Assembly (NCBI GenBank): GCA_963804995.1
Contig: CAWDSK010000003.1
Location: 320,001-384,000, forward strand
Direction of reading: 5' to 3'
Length of the DNA: 64,000 nt
DNA from: an uncultured Acidobacteriota bacterium
Lineage (GTDB): Bacteria; Acidobacteriota; Terriglobia; UBA7540
Shown piece after piece: positions 9,605 through 19,997 of this stretch. A program made the position numbers and the translations under genes. How positions within the stretch are numbered: position 1 is the first letter of the stretch; each line of letters begins with the position of its first letter. The notes under the pieces were generated by a model. It ran no database searches. It saw only the letters and a program-made list of their open reading frames with translations, and was not told the DNA's origin.

Positions 9605-10032
9605 CGCTTCGACCTCCGTTCGGACAGGATAAGTGGGCCCTTCAAGCCATTACAGGCGGGCCAATGGACGGTTGAAACTTACTGAGGGAAGGGGCGAGAT
9701 TTCCAACTTGCCTATTGTCCTCTCCACGCTCACAGCAGAGCGCTTTCGGCCTCGCCGGCCTCCAAGCCCCCCTCGATTCAAATTATGGGAACGCGCCACT
9801 TTAACGGCGCAGGGTTGAACAAGTACAGTATGTCTCGCGGTAAGCATGGGGTCAAGTCCCTGTGCGCGCAGGTGGTGGTGCATTATGATGTCGTAGCGGC
9901 GAGTTCACCTCGCCATGGCGGCGTCCCGATAAGATCGGGATAAATTCTGCCGCCTCCACGTCAACAGGCTGGCGCTCAACCTCTATGTGCCGGCCACTCG
10001 AATAAGTGAAGTCGTGCATGCACGTCCCGCAG

Positions 10033-10225
10033 GGGTAGCCACGGTCAGCGTTTTTCTGACCGTGGGTTCTTCCATTGATCGCGAAGGTGGAGTTACAACA
10101 ATTATGATCTGGTAAAGACAATGCTGGCCGCATGCTCCATCCGGGTTGATTCTATGCGGTTGCCGATGAGATATCGTGATAAGAAGGACCCACGGTCAGA
10201 AAAACGCTGACCGTGGCTACCCCGC
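10033..10225. repeat. Family D REPIN-like element (GGTAGCCACGGTCAG...CTGACCGTGG inverted pair)
   Basis: Two inward-facing GTAG hairpins. Homologous element at 19096-19279; partial or related copies at 11122-11144, 13179-13204, 32168-32198 and 34952-34975. Confidence 0.85.
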
Positions 10226-10302
10226 TGGTATCCTATGCTGGCGGGGACGCGAGACACCGTATCTTATGCGGATCAAACTAATCATGGGTTGGGGCTGAGG
10301 AC

Positions 10303-11079
10303 ATGACACACGAATTTGATGGCGAGAAGTACGAGAAGGCATCTGCCCACCAGAAGGAGTGGGGGATGAGGCTTATTGCAGAACTCGATTTGCAAGGAAC
10401 CGAGCGGATTCTCGACCTGGGATGCGGAGATGGGACGCTCTCCGCACAGATGGCCGGTCTTGTTCCCCATGGGGAGGTGGTTGGCATCGACGCTTCCCGC
10501 GGCATGATTCAGGCGGCACGATCGAAGGAGCGGAAAAACCTGCGGTTTCTTCTGATGGACATCAATGAGCTGAACTACGCCGAGCGATTCGATGTTGTAT
10601 TCTCCAACGCCGCCCTCCATTGGATCAAGGACCACAAGCGTCTGCTCCGGAATGTCCGTCACGCCTTGTGTAAAGGCGGGAGGCTCCGCTTCAACTTCGC
10701 GGGAGAAGGAAACTGCTCGCACTTTTTCTCGGTCATTCGGGAAGCCATGTTAAGGCAGGAATTTGCAGTCCATTTTGCGGGATTCGATTGGCCTTGGTAC
10801 ATGCCCTCCGTGCAGGAGTACGCGGCTTTGGTGGATGCGAGCGGAATGGAGCAGGGACGCGTCTGGGGAGAAAACGCGGACAGATACTTTCCGGACACCA
10901 CGGAGATGATCAAGTGGATCGACCAGCCCAGCCTTGTGCCCCTTCTCCCCTATGTCCCGGAGAGGGATAAGGCTGCGTTCCGGGAGTACGTCGTCAGAAG
11001 AATGATTGAGGAGACGCGACAGGACGACGGCAGATGCTTTGAGACTTTCCGTCGAATAAACGTGTTTGCACACAAATGA
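10303..11079 (+). CDS. Class I SAM-dependent methyltransferase (trans-aconitate methyltransferase-like)
   Basis: ILDLGCGDG, FDVVFSNAALHW; RBS GAGG. Confidence 0.88.
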   Translation: MTHEFDGEKYEKASAHQKEWGMRLIAELDLQGTERILDLGCGDGTLSAQMAGLVPHGEVVGIDASRGMIQAARSKERKNLRFLLMDINELNYAERFDVVFSNAALHWIKDHKRLLRNVRHALCKGGRLRFNFAGEGNCSHFFSVIREAMLRQEFAVHFAGFDWPWYMPSVQEYAALVDASGMEQGRVWGENADRYFPDTTEMIKWIDQPSLVPLLPYVPERDKAAFREYVVRRMIEETRQDDGRCFETFRRINVFAHK

Positions 11080-11177
11080 GCGTGCAGCGAGGCAGTCGGG
11101 GACCCTTGTGCCAACACCCCACCGCGGCGACACCGTGGCTACCCCACTAAAAATCAAGAAAACATGGTATTGCAGGG

Positions 11178-11210
11178 CAGAGTAATCCCGCTCCGAGCGG
11201 GATTACTCTG
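11178..11210. terminator. Perfect 16-bp-stem hairpin between convergent genes (terminator-like or REP-like)
   Basis: CAGAGTAATCCCGCTC-C-GAGCGGGATTACTCTG. Confidence 0.5.
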
Positions 11211-11331
11211 TGATTTGTTCGTCTCTGGATGTTAATACTCGTGTTGCGGTTATCATTTTACAAGTCGCAGAGTAAGACAGACTACGCCTCACTCTGCGCA
11301 TGTATCGACGTGCTTCTAGCGCCCTTGCCGT

Positions 11332-12765
11332 CTAGAGCCTGGCGATGATGCTCTGCGCTGCCGAGAGGAGAGGGGCGGCGGTCGCGGCGGCCAGCCGGTG
11401 GCTCTTCACCAGGGCGCTGACGGCGTTGATGAAGGACTGGAGCACGTTGATCGCGTCCGCGGTGTCACCCGCTTGCAGGTAGGCTTGCGCCGCTCGCAGC
11501 TTGGCGTTAAGGCTGTGCGTTTCGCTCGAGCTGAGCCCCACACTGGGGCTCGCGATCTCCGCGCTGAGGTTGGTGATAGCCAGAGAGGGCGTGGCCCCAG
11601 TCAGCACAAATCCGTGAAACACTCCGCTCGTGTCCGTGTAGGCCCCGGTGATAATCCCCGCCGCGTTGATGCCGGTTGCGACGGTTCCCTGAAACAAGCC
11701 GGCCGTCCCTGCACCCGGAACGTCGATGGGGGTTAGGACGCCATTGGCAGCACGCACGAAGCCGTGCAGCGCCGCGTTCGTGTCCGTGTACATCCCCGCG
11801 ACATCGCCCGCGTCGTCAATACTGACGCCGGCGGTTCCCTGAATCCAGCCCTGGGCCGCTGCGCCCGGAGCGTCGAAAGTGGTTATCGTACCATTGGTAG
11901 CACGCACAAAGCCGTGCCTGCCGTTCGTGTCCCCATAGGCCCCCGCGATGACCCCCGCCGAGTTGATGCTGATAGGGAGGATTCCTTTATAGTTGCCCGA
12001 GCCCGTGCCCGGAGAGTCGAAGGTTTTTATGGAGCCATTGGCAGCGCGCACGAAGCCGTGATACACCGGGGCATGGGGAACGTACGAGATGACGTAGAAT
12101 CCCGTGATAACCCCCCCCGCGTTGATGCTGAGGGGTTCGGTTCCCGCATACGCGCCCGTGCCTGCGGCTGGAACCTCGAAGGTGGTTATCGGGCCACTGG
12201 CAGGGAGCAGCAACCCGTGATACAAAGCGCTGTCGTCCCGGTAGAATCCCGTCACAGCTCCCAACGTGTTGACACCCATGAGGGTGGTTCCGTTATGTCC
12301 GGCCAAGCTAGCGTCCGGAGCCTCGTAGGTGGATATCGTGCCACCCGCAGTGCGCACGAAGCCGTGATAAAGGTTGCTCCCGTCAGAGGACATGCCCACG
12401 ATTTCCCCCGCCGCGTTGATGCTGAAGAGGAAGGTTCCCTGATTGCCACCCGAGCCTGCGTCCAGAGCGTCCAAGGTGGTTAGGGCGCCACTGGCGGTAC
12501 GCACGAAGCCGTGAGCCACAAGACCCGAGCCCACCAGGCAGAATCCCGTGATTTCCCCCGTCGCGTTGATGCTGATGGGGAACGTTCCCTGAGGCGCCGC
12601 CGTGGCTGCGCCTGTCGCGTCGAAAGTAGTGAAGGTCTGTGCTTGCGCCGAGGGGGCCGCAACGATCGCCAGGCCAAGCAGAATTGTTAACGCCAGCGCG
12701 GCGCCTGTCGCCCGCCCGCGTATTCCTGGAATCCAGCTCCGATATTGCGATGGGTTATTCATCAA
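11332..12765 (-). CDS. Secreted repeat protein (about seven HGFVRxxxG...INAAG repeats, probable beta-propeller) with a small helical C-terminal domain
   Basis: Signal peptide ending AQA; ~50-aa repeats; C-terminus SLNAKLRAA...LQSFINAV (FIMAH-like). Confidence 0.8.
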   Translation of the reverse strand: MMNNPSQYRSWIPGIRGRATGAALALTILLGLAIVAAPSAQAQTFTTFDATGAATAAPQGTFPISINATGEITGFCLVGSGLVAHGFVRTASGALTTLDALDAGSGGNQGTFLFSINAAGEIVGMSSDGSNLYHGFVRTAGGTISTYEAPDASLAGHNGTTLMGVNTLGAVTGFYRDDSALYHGLLLPASGPITTFEVPAAGTGAYAGTEPLSINAGGVITGFYVISYVPHAPVYHGFVRAANGSIKTFDSPGTGSGNYKGILPISINSAGVIAGAYGDTNGRHGFVRATNGTITTFDAPGAAAQGWIQGTAGVSIDDAGDVAGMYTDTNAALHGFVRAANGVLTPIDVPGAGTAGLFQGTVATGINAAGIITGAYTDTSGVFHGFVLTGATPSLAITNLSAEIASPSVGLSSSETHSLNAKLRAAQAYLQAGDTADAINVLQSFINAVSALVKSHRLAAATAAPLLSAAQSIIARL

Positions 12766-13288
12766 GTCCGCTCCTTTTCTGCTGTTGGGTAAGGTTTTCT
12801 CCGCAGCATGGGTTCATGCGGCGACGAGGGGGGCCAGGGTTCCGTGCGAAATCGTGAAGGCATCTGTCGCCTTCCGCCAGACACTCTTCATAGGATTCCT
12901 CCGTCGACTCTGGTTTGGGTTACACACAGCTCAAGCTCACAAACTGACCGTGGAGCGAGTTCCGCGCCACTCGAGATCGGGCAATTATCCCCCCCTGGCC
13001 AGCCGTCTAGATGCATCCAAAGTTTATATTGAATTTTCTATTGCTCGCTTTCCTCGCGCCGCAACGGTACTCCTTTCAGCCGGCCAATGCAATTTAAATT
13101 GAGTTTTAAGTGGAGTTTGTAGCGGGTGGTCATCACGGTCAAAAAAAGTCGTCCACCATTAAGATTGGCGGACTTTCAGCCGCGGCGACACCGTGGCTAC
13201 CCCGCTTCAGAGAAGCTCAGCGCCTGCCGCCTGACGAGGGCAGGTCGAACTAGTGTCCTGAGTCAGAAGTTCGCTGATTATTAGAGAA

Positions 13289-13358
13289 CCCCCTCACCCG
13301 TCCCGCCCCGGCTGATGAAAACGCCGGCGGCGGTCCACCCTCTCCCCTCGGAGAGGGC
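13289..13358. repeat. Family C palindromic repeat (CCCCTCACCC...CCCTCTCCCCTCGGAGAGGG)
   Basis: Near-identical 70-bp copies at 35154-35222, 46133-46202 and 63101-63173; variants at 8572-8642, 51023-51062, 51118-51218 and around the IS. Confidence 0.9.
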
Positions 13359-13434
13359 TATGATTTCAATTTCTATCCCGAACAACAGGTCCGCGCTACT
13401 TGCTTTTGTGGTGAGATAATGGCTGGGGGTAAAG

Positions 13435-14389
13435 ATGAATCGATATGAGTTTCTGAAAACGTTAGCCGGAGCGGCGGCGATGGCTCTCCCTCGCTACTCT
13501 TTAGGTGAGGAGCCGGCGGCCCCCAGAACTTACACTTACAAATCCGTGGGGGGCTGCGACATCAAGCTGGATGTGTACGGCGCGGACTCAACCGTGCGGA
13601 AGCCAGTCATCGTCTGGATTCACGGCGGCGCCTTGATAATGGAATCGAGAAAGGCGATGGCCAGGTGGCTCAACCCCAAAGGCGACCACGTGGTCATCTC
13701 CATCGATTACCGCTTAGCGCCTGAGACGAAACTGCCGCCGATTATCGAGGATGTGCAAGACGCTTTCCGGTGGATTCGGAAGCAAGGCCCGTCACTTTTG
13801 AACATCGACGCACAGAAGTTAATCGTCGCCGGCGGCTCTGCCGGGGGCTACTTAACTTTGATGACCGGCTTTTGCATCACGCCGCGCCCCAGGGCACTCA
13901 TCTCGCTCTCAGGATATGGTGGCATCATAGGGCCGTGGTATAGCCAGCCGAGTCCCTATTACCTCGAAGCACGTGCCGCGCATCAGCAAAGAAGCTGCTT
14001 ACGCCTCGGTGGGAACCGCTTGCGTTTCTGAGCCTGCGGCGCCGGACCAGCGCGGAACGTTCTATCACTATTGCAGGCAAAATGGGATTTGGCCGCAGGA
14101 AGTGACGGGGCATGATCCTAAGACTGAACCGGAATGGTTTAAGCCCTACTGCCCTGTCGAAAACGTTTCGTCGAAATACCCGCCCACCGTCTTGATCCAC
14201 GGGACGGCCGACACAGATGTGCCGTATGAAGAGTCCGCCAACATGGACAAGGCATTGACCCGCTTCCAGGTCGAGCACAAGTTCATCACGGTTCCCGGGG
14301 GTGATCATGGGATCAAGAACCCGGCCCCGGCGGAAAAGGCACGCATTTTTCAAGAGGCTTTGGATTTTGCTTTGGCGCACGCGAGTTGA
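13435..14389 (+). CDS. Exported alpha/beta hydrolase (HSL-like esterase) split by one +1 frameshift near 13965
   Basis: IHGGA and GGSAGG in the first ORF; IHGTADTDV and GGDHG in the second; removing one base at CTCGAAG joins them. Confidence 0.85.
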
Positions 14390-14466
14390 GACTGTGGATC
14401 GGATTTGTCACGTGGGTTGGGAAGGACGGGGCTTTACAGGCCACGGGAAAACGCCACAATGCGGAT

Positions 14467-14746
14467 AACCACCCCGGCGCTTGGCCCCGATGATCAATTT
14501 GGAAAGAACGCGCTATCGGGGCTCGGCGCGCCACCCCTCCTGAATCAGGAGGGGAGTTCTACCGCAGCTTGGTTAGTCTCGGTGACGCCGAGCCCGCTCG
14601 GTAGTACAGGCACTCCTGCCTGTAAAGGCGGCTCGAAGGTTCGAGCCTAATGACACAGCCAGGAGTGGCTGTGCTACCGCCGCACGGTCAGCCCCTCCGG
14701 CGCTTGGCCCCGATGATCAATTTGGAAAGAACACGCTATCAGGGCT
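14467..14746. repeat. Composite repeat region: family B unit with insert, a GTAG doublet, and a 50-bp direct duplication
   Basis: 14474-14523 is repeated at 14697-14746; GTAGTACAGGCACTCCTGCCTGT / ACAGCCAGGAGTGGCTGTGCTAC pair at 14601-14677. Confidence 0.8.
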
Positions 14747-14772
14747 ACCAGAGTTGGAATGGAGTTTCAGGG

Positions 14773-15879
14773 TTAGCGTTTGTGGGATAAGGCCGATTTC
14801 AAGATCTTCTGGGTGGTCTCGGCAACCAAGTCTCCCATGTGGGTGGTCGTGGTCGGACGCTTTTTGCCGGGAATGTCAGCGGTGCGCACGCCCCGCTTCA
14901 ATATCCTCTCGATAGCTTGCTCAATGGCCACCGCGACAGGCTCATTGCGCAAGGTGTAACGGAACATCAGCGCCACGGAGGCAATCGCCGCCATGGGATT
15001 GGCGCGATTGCGGCCGGCGATGTCGGGCGCGGAACCGTGAACGGGCTCATAGAGGGCCGAGTGCTCACCCAGACTCGCAGAGGGCAGCAGGCCGATGGAA
15101 CCCGTCAGCATGGCAGCTTCATCACTCAGGATGTCGCCAAACATGTTGTTGGTCAGCACCACGTCAAAGCTGGTAGGCTTGTCGATCAACTGCATGGCGC
15201 AGTTGTCAACATAGAGGTGGTTCAGTTCAACGTCGGGATAGGATCGCCCGATGTGCGTGACCACTTCCCGCCAGAGACGCGACAACTCCAGGACATTGGC
15301 CTTGTCGACCGAGGTCACTTTGCGTCGCCGCAGACGCGCCAACTGGAAGGCCCGATGCGCGACGCGCTCCACTTCGTGCTCGCGATAGACTTCTGTGTTG
15401 ACGCCCAGGCGCTCGCCATTTTTGACGAAAATGCCGCGCGGATTGCCAAAGTAAATGCCGCCCATCAACTCGCGCACGATGACCATGTCGGTGCCGCGCA
15501 CGCGGTCCGGCTTCAAGGCGGAAATGCCAACCAGGGAATCGAGCACCCGCGCGGGCCGCAGGTTCACGTAAAGGCCCAACCGCTGGCGCAATTGCAGCAA
15601 ACCTTGCTCGGGACGCAACTCAGGACGTTTCGAATCCCATTGCGGTCCACCCACTGCTCCCAAAAGCACGGCATTCGAATTGTTGCAAATGGAAATCGTT
15701 TCGGCAGGAAGCGGTGAGGCAGTTTGATCGAGGGCGCAGCCGCCAATCAGACCACTTTGAAATCGGAAGGTTGGGCCAATAATTTCCTCAACCGCCTTAA
15801 GGACTTTCACGGCTTCCGCCGTGACCTCAGGCCCAATCCCATCGCCGCCAAGTACCGCTATCCTGTAGAGACTTTGCAT
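14773..15879 (-). CDS. leuB: 3-isopropylmalate dehydrogenase
   Basis: GDGIGPEV, VDKANVL, NMFGDILSD, EPVHGSAPDIAG. Confidence 0.95.
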   Translation of the reverse strand: MQSLYRIAVLGGDGIGPEVTAEAVKVLKAVEEIIGPTFRFQSGLIGGCALDQTASPLPAETISICNNSNAVLLGAVGGPQWDSKRPELRPEQGLLQLRQRLGLYVNLRPARVLDSLVGISALKPDRVRGTDMVIVRELMGGIYFGNPRGIFVKNGERLGVNTEVYREHEVERVAHRAFQLARLRRRKVTSVDKANVLELSRLWREVVTHIGRSYPDVELNHLYVDNCAMQLIDKPTSFDVVLTNNMFGDILSDEAAMLTGSIGLLPSASLGEHSALYEPVHGSAPDIAGRNRANPMAAIASVALMFRYTLRNEPVAVAIEQAIERILKRGVRTADIPGKKRPTTTTHMGDLVAETTQKILKSALSHKR

Positions 15880-16174
15880 ACCTTTAGTTATCTATATGTT
15901 ACAAGATTGTCACGCTGAAATGCAAGGTTTTATTGAGGTTAGCCTTTACAAAGGGCTACAGGGGGATATTTCCCCTCATAACCCAATTCAAGTCATTTGT
16001 TTTCTTGATTTTGAGATAAACAGGTTATTGTCAGAAAGTGACACAATGACATAGTTTTGACCGTCGCACGCCTCTCCGGCCTATGTCATCCGTCAGAATC
16101 TTGCCGGTTGAGGGTGCGCCCTCTCCAGGGGAAGATTTACCGCCAGGTCAAGGTCAGTATCCTCCCGGAAGAAG

Positions 16175-17746
16175 TCAGTCCTCGCCTTCGTTCTTGGGCA
16201 CGGACCCGGAAGTAACTTCCGCAGATTCCTCAGCGCGCTTCATTTCGTACGCAGCTTTGTTCGCCGTCTGCAAATAAGCCCGGGCGGCTGCCTCCACGAC
16301 GCTGTGGTTGCTGGACTTCCCCGTGAATTCACGCCCCTCAAAGCGCGCCCGGATACTGACTTCCGCAACGCCGTCGGTGCCCGGTCCCACGGTGTGGACG
16401 GAAAAGTCTGAAATAATTCCCGGCATGCCGGTGATGCGGTCGATGGCCCGGAAGGCAGCGTCGCACGGACCTTCCCCCGTGGCCGAATCGTGGAACACTT
16501 CCCCATCCTTTTCGAGTTCCACGGTCGCAGTAGAGCGCCATTCGTTTGAGGACACGCTTTGCAAAAGCTTCAGCGCAAACATCTCCGGGATGTGGTCAAA
16601 TCCCTCGTTGACGATGCCGATCAGGTCTTCGTCGTAGATGCCCTTTTTGCGGTCCGCCAGTTGTGTGAAGAGCTGATAGGCGCTCTCCAGCTCCGGTTTC
16701 GTCAGTTGATAGCCCAGTTCTTCGTAACGCTTGGCCAGCGCGTGCCGGCCCGAGTGTTTCCCCAGCACAATGGAATTTGACGGCATCCCTACGGTCCGAG
16801 GCGTAATAATTTCGTAGGTAATGGCGTTCTTAAGGACTCCATCCTGGTGAATCCCCGCCTCGTGAGCGAAGGCGTTGCGCCCCACAATGGCCTTGTTGCG
16901 CTGCACGATGGAGCCGGTGAGGCGCGTGAGCATTTGGCTCGAAGCGAAAAGTTCCTCGGTGTGAATGTCCGTATACACGGGCAGGACATCGCGCCGCACG
17001 TAAACGGCCATCACGATTTCTTCCAGCGCCGCATTGCCCGCGCGCTCGCCAATACCGTTGACAGTGCACTCCACCTGCCGCGCCCCGCCGCGAATGCCCG
17101 CCAGCGTGTTGGCCGCCGCCATGCCCAAGTCGTCATGCGTGTGCGTACTCAGGACCACATGGTCCATGCCCGGCAATCGCGTCTTCACGTCGCGAAACAT
17201 CTGCTCGTATTCCGGCTCCAGGCAATAGCCGACCGTGTCGGGCAGATTCAGGACGGTAGCTCCGGATTCCACCGCGGCGTGGCAGCACTCGATCAGATAG
17301 TTGCGGTCGGTGCGGCCCGCGTCCTCCGGTGAAAACTCCACATCCTGGCACTTGGACTTCGCGTAGGCCACCGCCCAACTGATCATCTTCAGGATTTCCT
17401 CGCGCGTCTTGTGCAATTTGAATTGCAGGTGGATATCGGAAGTAGCAAGAAAAGTGTGGATGCGCGGCCGTTCCGCACCCTGCAGCGCTTCCCAGGCACG
17501 GTCGATGTCAAGCTGATTGGCTCTGGCCAGCGCGGCGATGATCGGTCGCCGGATCTCCCCCGAAATAGCCTTCACCGCCTCAAAATCCCCCCGGGAGGCA
17601 ATGGGGAACCCCGCTTCCAGGATGTCCACGCCCAGACGCTCAAGCTGCCGCGACATTTCGATCTTCTCGCCCAGGTTCATGCTGCAACCCGGAGACTGTT
17701 CGCCATCCCGCAGCGTGGTATCGAAGATCAGAATCTTATCAGGCAT
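16175..17746 (-). CDS. leuA: 2-isopropylmalate synthase
   Basis: DTTLRDGEQ, HTHDDLG, GIGERAGN, HEAGIHQDG, C-terminal regulatory domain. Confidence 0.96.
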   Translation of the reverse strand: MPDKILIFDTTLRDGEQSPGCSMNLGEKIEMSRQLERLGVDILEAGFPIASRGDFEAVKAISGEIRRPIIAALARANQLDIDRAWEALQGAERPRIHTFLATSDIHLQFKLHKTREEILKMISWAVAYAKSKCQDVEFSPEDAGRTDRNYLIECCHAAVESGATVLNLPDTVGYCLEPEYEQMFRDVKTRLPGMDHVVLSTHTHDDLGMAAANTLAGIRGGARQVECTVNGIGERAGNAALEEIVMAVYVRRDVLPVYTDIHTEELFASSQMLTRLTGSIVQRNKAIVGRNAFAHEAGIHQDGVLKNAITYEIITPRTVGMPSNSIVLGKHSGRHALAKRYEELGYQLTKPELESAYQLFTQLADRKKGIYDEDLIGIVNEGFDHIPEMFALKLLQSVSSNEWRSTATVELEKDGEVFHDSATGEGPCDAAFRAIDRITGMPGIISDFSVHTVGPGTDGVAEVSIRARFEGREFTGKSSNHSVVEAAARAYLQTANKAAYEMKRAEESAEVTSGSVPKNEGED

Positions 17747-17761
17747 CTTGCCTCCCAAGTG

Positions 17762-17981
17762 CAGTGGCTAGTTGCTAGTGGCTAGTGGTTAGTGGCTAGC
17801 AACTGACCTTGTGTCACTTGTGTTGCGTTCGGAAAGTGTGTTTACCGCAGCGTCCCGACCTGTCGGAATACATGGCGGCAAAAGCCCGACACACAATCAA
17901 ATTGATTCACGTCGCATAGGTAATCCTATTTACCGAACGCAACACGAGCGACTAACCACTAGCCACTAACCACTAGCCACT
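17762..17981. repeat. Inverted pair of 7-mer tandem repeats (TAGTGGC/TAGTGGT)n ... (CCACTAG/CCACTAA)n
   Basis: 17762-17799 and its reverse complement at 17950-17981; an 8-mer run (CCGATCGC)n follows at 18106-18142. Confidence 0.75.
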
Positions 17982-18035
17982 TGATTATTGTCCGACCGGT
18001 CGGATGGTCGAGTCAAGTTTATAATTGTTCTGATA

Positions 18036-18054
18036 TCATAAGCATGTGTTATGA
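18036..18054. promoter_or_regulatory. Putative LysR recognition site
   Basis: TCATAA-GCATGTG-TTATGA dyad containing T-N11-A, between divergent leuA and lysR. Confidence 0.6.
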
Positions 18055-18155
18055 GATAAGCAAGGATTCCGACGACCCGGCGAGCGGAGTGTGTTCCCTG
18101 CTCCCCCGATCGCCCGATCTCCGGATCGCCCGATCGCCCGATTACCGGAGGCCTC

Positions 18156-19052
18156 ATGGAAATCACCCAGCTCGAAGCCTTTGTGGCCGTGGTGGAAGAG
18201 AAAAGTTTTTCGCGCGCCGCAGCGCGCCTGCTACGCACTCAGCCGGCCATCAGTCAGTCCGTCCGCCGTCTGGAGGAGTGGGCCGGCGAACCCCTGCTGG
18301 ATCGCTCAATCAAGAGCGGAGTGCTCACCGCACCCGGCCGGCTCTTATACGACTATGCCAAGAAGCTCTTGAACTTGCGCCTGGAGGCACGCTCGGCCCT
18401 CCAGGAACTACGGGCGCTCGAACGCGGCAAAGTCACGATTGGCGCCAATGAAAGCACCGCCCTTTACCTGCTCCCGGTGCTCAAGCGGTTTCGCGAGCGC
18501 CATCCGCGCATTCAGGTGGCGGTCAAGCGCAGCCTGTCGCGGGAGATTCCCAGCGCCCTGCTCCGCTACGAAATCGACCTGGGAGTCCTTTCCTACAATC
18601 CGCACAACCCGGATCTGGAATCCGCCGTAGTCAGCGTCGATGAGCTCTGCCTGATCGTGCCGCCCCGGCATCGCCTGGCGCGGGCGGGCGAGATAAGCAT
18701 TCGCGAACTCGGCGAAGAGCAGTTCATCGCCCATAACATTTCTTCCCCCTACCGGCAGCGCGTCATCGAAACCTTCGCCCGCCACCACACCCCGCTCCAA
18801 ATCGCCGCCGAACTGCCTACGGTCGAGACCATCAAGAAATCCGTGGGCATGGGGATGGGCGTGGCCTTCGTTCCGCGCATGTGCGTGCAGGAAGAGCTGA
18901 CCAGGGGCGAATTCGCCGCCGTACCCGTCAGCGAGTTGCGCATCCAACGTAAACTCCGCCTGCTTTACCGAAGACACGCCACGCTCTCGGCGGCGGCACA
19001 AGGCTTCCTCGAAGTCGCGCGCACCATGGCCGAGCATCAATTGGGCGATTGA
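18156..19052 (+). CDS. LysR-family transcriptional regulator
   Basis: SFSRAAARLLRTQPAISQSVRRLE HTH; substrate-binding domain; RBS GGAGG. Confidence 0.95.
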   Translation: MEITQLEAFVAVVEEKSFSRAAARLLRTQPAISQSVRRLEEWAGEPLLDRSIKSGVLTAPGRLLYDYAKKLLNLRLEARSALQELRALERGKVTIGANESTALYLLPVLKRFRERHPRIQVAVKRSLSREIPSALLRYEIDLGVLSYNPHNPDLESAVVSVDELCLIVPPRHRLARAGEISIRELGEEQFIAHNISSPYRQRVIETFARHHTPLQIAAELPTVETIKKSVGMGMGVAFVPRMCVQEELTRGEFAAVPVSELRIQRKLRLLYRRHATLSAAAQGFLEVARTMAEHQLGD

Positions 19053-19095
19053 CTACGTGAAGATTGAAATCTTGGTGCGGCGATCCCCTTGTCTG

Positions 19096-19279
19096 GTAGC
19101 CACGGTCAACGTTCTTATGACCGTGGGCTTTTGTGGCGGTGGTCGAATTATAATAATTTTGCTCTGGACAATGTGACGATAGCGGCGTGCCCCACCTGAT
19201 TGACTATGTGCGGTTGCCGCTGGGGTATCGGGCATAAGAAAAGACCACGGTCAGGAAAACGCTGACTGTGGCGACCCGC
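19096..19279. repeat. Family D REPIN-like element, second full copy
   Basis: GGTAGCCACGGTCAACG...GACCGTGG and CCACGGTCAGG...CTGACTGTGGCGACC; spacer similar to 10075-10185. Confidence 0.8.
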
Positions 19280-19997
19280 TGAACGCTTCGCAGCCCCAAA
19301 GGGGCGAACTACGGCAGCCCAGGCTAAACGGCATGAGCGTTAACCTAGCCCTCGCCCTTGGGGAGAGGGCTATGATTCTCTTCTGGTTGCGGCATCGCCA
19401 CGCTGCGCTACCCGCTACGGTTGCCCGCTGCTTCGCAGCCCCAAATGGGCGAGCTATCACAGTCCAAGCCGAAGGTCCGCCGATCGTAATAGTGGGCCAA
19501 CGGCCCATAAACGCTAACTTAACCCGTTTGGGAGCCACGATACATCCTGATTGCTTCCGGTCGCCCTGTCGTTCGTGCAGAATCGCGGATTAGCGCTGGC
19601 CCATCTTTGGTAAACACAAGGCGACAAGGCAGGAGCTATTTCCTTGAACCCCTTTTTGGACCATGAGGGTTACATCTCCGGTCAAGCCGCTGGAACGTCA
19701 AAGTGCCGGGCGTGGCGATTCCCGCGTCGACTACTAAACCCTTGGCGACCTATGGGGAGAAATATGGAGAACCCGCAGCAACAGTTTTTCGATGAGCCAT
19801 CTGATGCATTGGTTAGTACTGGGGACTTGTGCCAGCCCTGTTCGCGGCGTTCCTGCCGCCGCTCACCTGTTATTTCAACTCGCGCCGAGATTACCCATCT
19901 TCTTATCCAGAATTAGATGGCTTAGGTGCGAAGCGAAGTACGGCGGGAAGTTCATGCGGTGCAGGAGGTCTTCGATGCGAGGGTCGGAGTGCCAGGA

